Shown here: positions 18,492-25,900 of the stretch, in pieces
Position numbering within the stretch: the first letter of the stretch is position 1
Layout of the letters: every line of letters begins with the position of its first letter
Origin: a virus
Virus genome (UHGV): UHGV-0234394
Length of the DNA: 36,353 nt
Direction: 5' to 3' (one strand)
Translations under genes and position numbers: made by a program
Notes under the pieces: generated by a model
What the model saw: the letters and a program-made list of their open reading frames with translations, nothing else
Databases searched by the model: none
Told to the model about the DNA's origin: nothing

Positions 18492-19119
18492 GGCATTCAC
18501 CCGCGTGGATGAAACCTTTGAGGCCATCCGCGACAGCCTGAATCAGCAGGCCATCAATAACATCGCCAGAAAGCTGGCACAGGATTTACGCCGCGCCCAG
18601 CAGGCACGTATCCGGTCACAGAAAGCGCCGGACGGGACCGCATGGACACCACGCAGACGCCGCGTAACCCGGATACAGGAGCGCATTCGCTTTATCTGGA
18701 ATAACGAAGCACGCACGCTGAAAAACTGGCATCACGACACGGGGAAATACGGGCGAACCATTACCGGGTGGGATGAGGATAAAAACAATATCCGCACGTT
18801 TTACCGGGATGACATCGACCGTTTTCTGGAAATACGCACCCGGCGCATCAACCAGGACAGCACAAAGCGCGTCCCCATGTTCGTAAAACTGCGCACCACC
18901 CGCTACCTGAAAGCACGAGCGGATGCTTCCGGTGTGACGGTGGGTTACAGCGGTGTGGCTGCACGTATTGCACGCGTTCATCAGTTCGGTGAGCGCGATC
19001 AGGTTGCGCCAGGCATTTTCACCGATTACCCGGTACGTGAGCTGTTGGGCATCAGTCAGGCAGATGAACGCCTGATTTATAACACGGTGCTGGGCCGGAT
19101 TGCGGAGGCTGTACGGTGA
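18484..19119 (+). CDS. S: tail completion / virion morphogenesis protein (P2 S-like)
   Basis: Track ORF 18475..19119; ATG at 18484; position between R and V. Confidence 0.7.
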   Translation: MDKAFTRVDETFEAIRDSLNQQAINNIARKLAQDLRRAQQARIRSQKAPDGTAWTPRRRRVTRIQERIRFIWNNEARTLKNWHHDTGKYGRTITGWDEDKNNIRTFYRDDIDRFLEIRTRRINQDSTKRVPMFVKLRTTRYLKARADASGVTVGYSGVAARIARVHQFGERDQVAPGIFTDYPVRELLGISQADERLIYNTVLGRIAEAVR

Positions 19120-19697
19120 GCGCAGAACTCATGCGACTGCTGAGCAACATCATCCGCACCGGGATCATCTCTGAAGTTGATGAGAAGTCCTGGCGCGTGC
19201 GCGTTCGCAGCGGCGAACTGGAAACAGGCTGGTTGCGATGGAACACCACGCGCGCGGGAGCCTTCAATGTGTGGCTGCCGCCATCACCCGGCGAACAGGT
19301 GGTAATTGCCTGCATTGGCGGCAACCCGGAAACCGCCATGATAATTGGCAGCCTGTGGAGTGATGCCAATCCGGCCCCCGGCAAAAGCCTGAAAGAAATC
19401 GTGGTCACAGCGCCTGACGGCGCGGTGTTCCGCTACGATGCGGACGCAGGTGCACTGAGCGCCACCGGAATCAGAACCGCCACCATTCAGGCCGGAACGG
19501 GCGTGACGCTGGACACCCCCACCGTCACCTGCACAAATCATCTGAAGACGGCAACGTTTGAGGTGACAGAAGGCGGAACCCTGAGCGGCAATATCTCGCA
19601 CAGCGGCGGTGATTTCACCTCCAACGGTGTGACGCTGCACACGCACAAACACAGTGGCGTGAAGAGCGGCGGCGACACCACAGGAGGCCCGCAGTGA
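19116..19697 (+). CDS. V: baseplate assembly protein V (central spike)
   Basis: 193 aa; position and Gly/Thr-rich C-terminal region typical of gpV. Confidence 0.8.
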   Translation: MSAELMRLLSNIIRTGIISEVDEKSWRVRVRSGELETGWLRWNTTRAGAFNVWLPPSPGEQVVIACIGGNPETAMIIGSLWSDANPAPGKSLKEIVVTAPDGAVFRYDADAGALSATGIRTATIQAGTGVTLDTPTVTCTNHLKTATFEVTEGGTLSGNISHSGGDFTSNGVTLHTHKHSGVKSGGDTTGGPQ

Positions 19698-20059
19698 GTG
19701 CACGTTTTCTGGGGATGAACCCCGAAGCCACCGGCACGCTCAGCGACACGGACCATCTGTGGAACAGCGTGAGGGATATTCTGCTGACACCGCTCGCCAG
19801 CCGGGTGATGCGCCGGGAATACGGCAGCCTGCTGCCGGATTTGCTGGATGCACCGATGAATGCCACCACCCGCCTTCAGTGCATGAGTGCCGTGGTAATT
19901 GCCCTGACGCAGTGGGAGCCGCGCATCGCCCTGAATGCCGTTGATATTCAGTGGGAGGCGGGCGGAAAAGCCGTTATCACTCTCACCGGCACGCTGACAG
20001 AAAGCCTGGAAACCGTACAGAACACACTGACACTCAGGAGCGACAATGCCAGCCGTTGA
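19694..20059 (+). CDS. W: baseplate wedge protein W
   Basis: 121 aa; overlapping start/stop with V and J as in P2. Confidence 0.8.
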   Translation: MSARFLGMNPEATGTLSDTDHLWNSVRDILLTPLASRVMRREYGSLLPDLLDAPMNATTRLQCMSAVVIALTQWEPRIALNAVDIQWEAGGKAVITLTGTLTESLETVQNTLTLRSDNASR

Positions 20060-20942
20060 CCTGTCGGAACTGCCGACACCACAGATTATTGAAACGCCGG
20101 ATTTTGAAGTCATCCTGGCGGAGGTGAAAGAAAGCATGATTACGGCATTCCCGCAGACACAACAGGCTGCCGTCCGGTCAGCCATGGCGCTGGAGTCCGA
20201 ACCGCTCACGGTCATCGCTCAGGCATTTGCACTGCGTGAGTTGCTACTTCGCCAGCGAATTAATGAAGGGGCAGCGGCCTGTATGCTGAGCCATTCCACA
20301 GGTGACGACCTGGATAACCTCGCCGCCAACATGAACACCGCGCGACTGGTCATCACACCGGCCACGGACACCGCGGAGGCCGTCATGGAAAGCGACACAG
20401 CCCTGCGGCTGCGTGCACAGTCTGCGTTTGATGGCCTCAGCGTGGCCGGTCCCACCGGGGCGTATGAATATTTTGCCCGCAGTGCCAGCGGTCAGGTGGC
20501 GGACGCACGCGCTACCAGCCCCGCACCGGCGGAAGTGGTGGTGGCGGTGCTGTCCACGGAAGGCGACGGTACGGCGACCGAAGCACTCCTGACGACGGTC
20601 AGAAATGCGCTGAATGCCGAAGACGTTCGCCCGGTCGGTGACCGTCTGACGGTGCAGAGCGCAGAAATCATCCGGTATCAGATTGATGCCCGGCTTTACT
20701 TTTATCCGGGGCCGGAGTCGGAACCTATCCTGAATGCCGCCAGAAACAATCTGGAAACCTGGCTTGCCGAACAGGGCAAAATCGGTCGCGATGTGGCGCT
20801 TTCCGCCATCATGGCCGCGCTGCATGTTCAGGGCGTTCAGCGCGTGGAACTGACCAGCCCCGCACAGAATATTGTTATCAGTGATGTGCAGTCAGCGTAC
20901 TGCACATCGTTTTCGGTCAGCGCAGGGGGAACCAATGAGTGA
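20046..20942 (+). CDS. J: baseplate protein J
   Basis: 298 aa, close to P2 J length; position. Confidence 0.8.
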   Translation: MPAVDLSELPTPQIIETPDFEVILAEVKESMITAFPQTQQAAVRSAMALESEPLTVIAQAFALRELLLRQRINEGAAACMLSHSTGDDLDNLAANMNTARLVITPATDTAEAVMESDTALRLRAQSAFDGLSVAGPTGAYEYFARSASGQVADARATSPAPAEVVVAVLSTEGDGTATEALLTTVRNALNAEDVRPVGDRLTVQSAEIIRYQIDARLYFYPGPESEPILNAARNNLETWLAEQGKIGRDVALSAIMAALHVQGVQRVELTSPAQNIVISDVQSAYCTSFSVSAGGTNE

Positions 20943-21474
20943 ACCGTCACTTCTCCCCCCTTCAGCCAGCGATTTCATGCGCTGCGTGGAGCGGGGGGCT
21001 ACCCGGTTGTCAGCATTACCTGTCAGCCTTAATCAGCTCTGGGATCCTGACACCTGCCCGGTGGCCCTGCTGCCTTATCTGGCGTGGGCGCTGTCCGTGG
21101 ACAGGTGGGATCGTGACTGGACGGAAGAAACAAAGCGCCAGGTGATCCGTGATGCCTGGGCAATCCACCGCCATAAGGGAACCATCAGCGCCATCAGGCG
21201 TGTGGTTGAACCCTTTGGCTATGTCATTAACGTGACGGAATGGTGGGAAACCGGCGATCCGCGAGGGACTTTCCGGCTGGACATCGGTGTACTGGATACC
21301 GGTATCTCCGCTGCGACCTATACCGAGCTGGAGCGCCTCATCGATGATGCCCGCCCGGTGAGTCGCCATCTTACCGGATTAAATATTGTGCAGGACATTT
21401 ACGGGGATGTGTACGCCGGCGGGGCGGTATTTTGCGGCGACACTATTGAGGTTTATCCGGGAGAGGTTGTCTGA
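20935..21474 (+). CDS. I: tail protein I
   Basis: Track ORF 20872..21474; ATG at 20935 overlaps J stop; about 179 aa as P2 I. Confidence 0.75.
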   Translation: MSEPSLLPPSASDFMRCVERGATRLSALPVSLNQLWDPDTCPVALLPYLAWALSVDRWDRDWTEETKRQVIRDAWAIHRHKGTISAIRRVVEPFGYVINVTEWWETGDPRGTFRLDIGVLDTGISAATYTELERLIDDARPVSRHLTGLNIVQDIYGDVYAGGAVFCGDTIEVYPGEVV

Positions 21475-21476
21475 AT

Positions 21477-24323
21477 ATGAAATATGGTGCCATTATCACA
21501 GCGGCTGGCGCTGCCAGGCTTGCTGCAGCCACAACAGCAACAGGCCAGAAGCTGAACATCACTCACATGGCCGTGGGAGATGGTAATGGAAATCTCCCGG
21601 AACCATCGGCCTCACAGACCGCCCTGAACAATGAAGTCTGGCGCGGGACGCTGAATAAAATTACACAGAACAGCAAAGCGCCAAATCAGGTGATTGCGGA
21701 ACTGGTTATTCCTCCGGAAGTTGGCGGCTTCTGGATGCGGGAGCTGGGGTTGTATGACGACAGCGGAACCCTGATTGCCGTCGCCAATATGGCAGAAAGC
21801 TACAAGCCGTTACTCGCCGAAGGTTCGGGGCGCTCAATGGTCTGCCGCATGTTCATCATCATCAGCGATATGAACGCGGTGAATCTGTCAGTGGACAGCA
21901 GCGTCATTGCCGCAACACAGGAATATGTTAACGAAGCCATCTCCGGCCTGCACCGCGCCATCATTGATGATGTGGTTCTTCAGCATAAAGTTGTCCACGA
22001 TATTGACTACACCGGGATTTTTGACGGCGCGGATAAGATGAGCCAGGGGTTCTGTATCTGTGATACGCCGCAGGGAACCCGAATGTTTCTGCATCAGCCT
22101 GTATCGGGTGGCGTAAGGATTGTTGAAACGATATTTAACCCTGACGGAGAAAACGAAAACCCGACGGTCATTTCGTTTTCTCCCGTTTTCGCTGATATTG
22201 GTCACCAGAGTATCGGGGCTGTATGTGAAGACGATCGCGTGATGCTGTATACCCCGACCGCTGACGGCAAGGGTGTGAATATCATCAACTGGAATGGGGC
22301 TGACACCAGTCTGACAGATGTCACCCGTACGGAGATTTTCACCTCTGACTTTTTTACCGGGGATGAAATTATAACGGTGGCATTGTCGGCAGACGGAAGC
22401 CTGTTAATTGTTCAGTCAGGTGATGAGGCCGTCCATCTTCATTACAACAGGGATGATCGCCGCACAGTTTATGTTTTCGATCGCGCCTCTCTGACGTTTA
22501 AACACCGGATTTATCTGTCCACCCAGCCAATGGTGTCGCAGGCATTTCAGGGGATGGCCAGCGATGGTCATTATCTTTTTGCTTATTACGGTTATACAGG
22601 CGTATTTCTGACTCACCGCATTGTTGTATATAACCTGTCAACGGGCGAAGTTGTCAGACAGTTCAATGTGGATGGCGTTCGTGCCAGGTATGGTCGCCAG
22701 AAAATGCTGGGGAATGCAGAGCTGGGGTATCCCGTTTTGCAGGAAGCCGAAGGGCTGGCTCTCCATAACGGAAAACTGTATCTGCTCGATATGGATTTCT
22801 GGTGTCAGACAGCCGATGTGGTTTCTTTTGAGGGGGCATACTTTGCAGCACGTGCAACAAATTTTTCTGGCCGTTCCCCGGTGAATCCATCTTACTGGAC
22901 GCCTACAGCATATGGAACGGCGGCTGCAACGAAATATGATGCCACGAAGTCTTATACGTGTGGTGTGGCGACAAAACGCAGCAAAGCTGTGGTTTCCGTG
23001 GAGGCTTACGACGGCACAGGCTATCTGGTGGACTCCGGCGTGGCGTTTCCTGATAGCCATGCCAGCCTTTTTCTGAGTCCCAATGCTGTAAATATAGCCC
23101 TGTCACCCAATGAAGACTTCCAGGTGGCAGCCTATGAGCAGAATCTGCGCTCGCATCGCCCGTTATTTGAGGTCAGAAAGGAGGCTCCGGATACAGACAC
23201 TTCTGCTGCTGTTTTTCGTTTGTTCGGGGATGCGTTCCGAACCGGAGAATACACAGGCCGCTTCGTTCAGTGGAAACACCGCCTGAACGACGTGCACGAT
23301 TGTCTGGAAATACGCGCTGACGTGGATTTGTTGAGCGGTGGCGGGATTAACCTTTACTCAATGAACGATACTCAGTCGGCGGGACGCACAAGGCTTTATT
23401 GCACCGATGGCAGTGAAACCTGGTCTGTATTATTGAGTCCGGTCTCGCCGTCATTTCATCCCGACCAGGACAAGGCAATGAATCTGGGGTCATCGCCAAA
23501 TCGCTGGAATGTGGCATACCTGCAGGGCGTGAATATTAAATCGGATGACGAAACCCAGAAGCGCATGGCCATCAGCACCACGCTGAAGGCGGGAGCTTTC
23601 CAGGTATCAACAGCCGGGAATCTGGGTATTTATGACGATTCTGCTGACGCTTATGTAATTGCAGCCCGTAGTGACGGCACTGCATTCATGCAGATGGATA
23701 CAGATATTAACGGTGCATTCCGGCCATCGGTTAACAATACCAGCGACCTGGGTGCGCCCAACAAAGCATTCCGGAGCGTGTATCTCTGCAACTCGCCGAC
23801 CATTGTGTCGGATGCGACGTTAAAGGATACACCGCGCGATGCGACGGCAGCCGAAAACGCGGCATTTGCAGAAATAGCACGGCTTCCGGGCGTGTGGCGC
23901 TGGTTACAGAGAATTGAGGAGGAGGGCGAGGACGCGCGTCTGCACGCCGGGCCGACAGTCCAGGCCGCGATAGCCGTGATGGAGAAACACGGTCTGGACT
24001 GGCGGAAATACAGCGCATTTTGTCTGGATTCGTGGGAAGCGGAGGAGGCACAGTACGAAGATATACCGGAAGAGTATGAAGATATTCCGGTTCAGCCAGC
24101 GATTTATTCGGATGAAGGGGAGCTGTTGAGCGGGACAACCCGTGTGCTTACCCGACAGGCGGAAAGGGTTCTTGTTCGTCCTGCAACCGAAGCAGGAAGC
24201 CGTTATCGCTTCCGGAAAGAGGAGCTTCTCTGGTGGTGTCTGCGTGCTGTTGTCAGCCAGGTGGATGCGCTGACAGAGAGTATCAGCGCACTTACCCGCC
24301 GTGTTGATTTACTGGAGGAATAA
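21477..24323 (+). CDS. H: tail fibre protein (P2 H-like N-terminus) with divergent C-terminal region and apparent intramolecular chaperone domain
   Basis: N-terminal about 150 aa closely resemble P2 H (ELVIPPEVGGFWMRELGLYDDSGTLIAVANMAESYKP); C-terminal part contains SDATLK at codon 778 (nt 23808). Confidence 0.85.
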   Translation: MKYGAIITAAGAARLAAATTATGQKLNITHMAVGDGNGNLPEPSASQTALNNEVWRGTLNKITQNSKAPNQVIAELVIPPEVGGFWMRELGLYDDSGTLIAVANMAESYKPLLAEGSGRSMVCRMFIIISDMNAVNLSVDSSVIAATQEYVNEAISGLHRAIIDDVVLQHKVVHDIDYTGIFDGADKMSQGFCICDTPQGTRMFLHQPVSGGVRIVETIFNPDGENENPTVISFSPVFADIGHQSIGAVCEDDRVMLYTPTADGKGVNIINWNGADTSLTDVTRTEIFTSDFFTGDEIITVALSADGSLLIVQSGDEAVHLHYNRDDRRTVYVFDRASLTFKHRIYLSTQPMVSQAFQGMASDGHYLFAYYGYTGVFLTHRIVVYNLSTGEVVRQFNVDGVRARYGRQKMLGNAELGYPVLQEAEGLALHNGKLYLLDMDFWCQTADVVSFEGAYFAARATNFSGRSPVNPSYWTPTAYGTAAATKYDATKSYTCGVATKRSKAVVSVEAYDGTGYLVDSGVAFPDSHASLFLSPNAVNIALSPNEDFQVAAYEQNLRSHRPLFEVRKEAPDTDTSAAVFRLFGDAFRTGEYTGRFVQWKHRLNDVHDCLEIRADVDLLSGGGINLYSMNDTQSAGRTRLYCTDGSETWSVLLSPVSPSFHPDQDKAMNLGSSPNRWNVAYLQGVNIKSDDETQKRMAISTTLKAGAFQVSTAGNLGIYDDSADAYVIAARSDGTAFMQMDTDINGAFRPSVNNTSDLGAPNKAFRSVYLCNSPTIVSDATLKDTPRDATAAENAAFAEIARLPGVWRWLQRIEEEGEDARLHAGPTVQAAIAVMEKHGLDWRKYSAFCLDSWEAEEAQYEDIPEEYEDIPVQPAIYSDEGELLSGTTRVLTRQAERVLVRPATEAGSRYRFRKEELLWWCLRAVVSQVDALTESISALTRRVDLLEE

Positions 24324-24325
24324 TT

Positions 24326-24610
24326 ATGGACTTAACACCGGTGTTCCATGCACTTTGTGCGGTGGCCACTCAGTTTCTGGTGGGTCTTTTTACCGGAAAC
24401 TGGGCTTACGGAGCGATAGCCGGTTGCACGTTCTTCATTGCGCGTGAACACACCCAGGCAGAATATCGCTGGATTGAAATGTTCGGGCATGGCAGGCGTA
24501 TGAATATGCCGTGGTGGGGCGGTTTTGACCCACGAGCGTGGGATATGGCAAGTCTGATGGATTTTGCAGTGCCGGTGGTGGCATGTCTGCTGGTCTGGCT
24601 GGTCGTATGA
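24326..24610 (+). CDS. small membrane protein (94 aa) at the position of P2 Z/fun
   Basis: Track ORF starting 2 nt after H stop; two or three hydrophobic segments; followed by an intrinsic terminator. Confidence 0.55.
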   Translation: MDLTPVFHALCAVATQFLVGLFTGNWAYGAIAGCTFFIAREHTQAEYRWIEMFGHGRRMNMPWWGGFDPRAWDMASLMDFAVPVVACLLVWLVV

Positions 24611-24622
24611 CGTAGCAGGAAA

Positions 24623-24647
24623 CAGGGGGATTTGCCCCTGTTTTTTT
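24623..24647 (+). terminator. intrinsic terminator
   Basis: Stem cagggg/cccctg followed by T7. Confidence 0.6.
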
Positions 24648-24778
24648 GTTCAGAATGCAGCCTTCACCATTCGTCTCTAATCGTATTCAGTAATTCGCCC
24701 GCAGAAACAAACTAAAATTCATCCCCCACATCACGCCACTGAAAGCAGACGGTAAACTCCAGATTTTCAAACCAGCGT
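24648..24778 (-). pseudogene. degraded duplicate of the 3' end of tail gene U
   Basis: About 130 bp, roughly 75-80% identical by eye to 25429-25560 (3' end of intact U) in direct orientation, including an identical 21-mer ttcagtaattcgcccgcagaa; in-frame stops in the copy. Confidence 0.6.
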
Positions 24779-25093
24779 CAGAAGTATTTAAATGGCACCA
24801 GATGTAATATGCAGGCGATTAATATGGTGTGCTTAAAGATCATAAAAGCGGGCAACATTAAAACTCTGGGCTGTGTAAATTACCGCCACTCATAATCAGA
24901 GATGAAAACAGAATTAAACTGGCGGCGTGGATTGTATACATAAAATAAGTTCAGTTGTTGACTTTCACTTCCGTGAGTTGATGAGGGTTATTACAATACA
25001 CCGGTATGATCTCTCCTCCTTAAAAGGGAGGACTTTTCAGAACGCAGAAATTATTTATAATCCCGTAGTGTTCTACACATGCCAACATTCTTT

Positions 25094-25118
25094 GCCCGCC
25101 CCGTGCGGGCTTTTTTTT
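25094..25118 (+). terminator. intrinsic terminator in a non-coding island
   Basis: gcccgc-cccgt-gcgggc followed by T8. Confidence 0.6.
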
Positions 25119-25208
25119 GCCATAAAGACACAGTAACAAACAGAATTGTAATCAGAGCAATAAAATCATGAAAAACATTTTCATTGATGACGATAACAAT
25201 TAAAAATA

Positions 25209-25238
25209 TTGCATTAAATGATTCCCGTTCAATATAAT
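25209..25238 (+). promoter_or_regulatory. sigma70-like promoter (TTGCAT-18-TATAAT)
   Basis: -35 at 25209-25214, -10 at 25233-25238. Confidence 0.45.
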
Positions 25239-25244
25239 CCCCCT

Positions 25245-25305
25245 GCAACCAGAAAAATTAAATCTTCACACAATGCATGTTGCCCTCTTTATGAGGGCTT
25301 TTTTA
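25245..25305 (+). ncRNA. candidate small RNA (about 60 nt) between promoter and terminator
   Basis: Promoter above followed about 45 nt later by hairpin gccctc/gagggc (25282-25298) and T-run; no credible ORF with SD. Confidence 0.3.
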
Positions 25306-25397
25306 TTTCCCGAATATCACCATTGCCATCATCGGGCGATTTATATATAGTCAGAATGTATTGACAACATTTTGCTTCTTTTCCATGAAGGCCATAA

Positions 25398-25427
25398 GGG
25401 AGTGCTTTTTACACTCCCTCTTTTTTT
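25398..25427 (+). terminator. intrinsic terminator abutting the 3' end of U
   Basis: gggagtg-loop-cactccc followed by TCTTTTTTT. Confidence 0.5.
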
Positions 25428-25429
25428 AT

Positions 25430-25894
25430 TCAGAATGCCGCTGTCGCCATTTTGTCTTTAAGCGTGTTCAGTAATTCGCCCGCAGAAGCAGACTGAAACC
25501 TCTCCCTCATATCCTCATCACACCGCTGAAAGCTGATGGAGAACTCAATCTTTTTTGCCTTTCCGTAACGATCCAGTTCGGAGCGGGTGGTCTGTAATCC
25601 CGTAATCACGTACATTCCGTAAATCTGCCCCGTGCCATCAATCAGCGGCCAGGGACATCCTGTGTAGGCCTGGGTGTTCAGTAGTGTCAGCGACACCTCA
25701 CCGCCGGTAATTTCCGGGTACAGCAAACCGGACAGCGTGATCTGGTCATCACCTGCACCGATATACTGCCAGGCTGCAGAGCGGTTAATGCGCTCATTTT
25801 TCACATGTCGCCATGTTTTGCTCTGCTGGATCTGCTGATGCGGCAGCGTGCGCAGCTCAAAAACAAACATGCCGTAGATCATCATCATGGTCAT
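25430..25894 (-). CDS. U: tail protein U
   Basis: 154 aa; size and position next to the tape measure as in P2. Confidence 0.75.
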   Translation of the reverse strand: MTMMMIYGMFVFELRTLPHQQIQQSKTWRHVKNERINRSAAWQYIGAGDDQITLSGLLYPEITGGEVSLTLLNTQAYTGCPWPLIDGTGQIYGMYVITGLQTTRSELDRYGKAKKIEFSISFQRCDEDMRERFQSASAGELLNTLKDKMATAAF

Positions 25895-25900
25895 GACTCC

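Noticed and set aside
24927-25248. 69-aa plus-strand and 65-aa minus-strand ORFs in the AT-rich island
   Set aside because: No SD, TTG or weak starts, and they span terminator hairpins; more likely non-coding.
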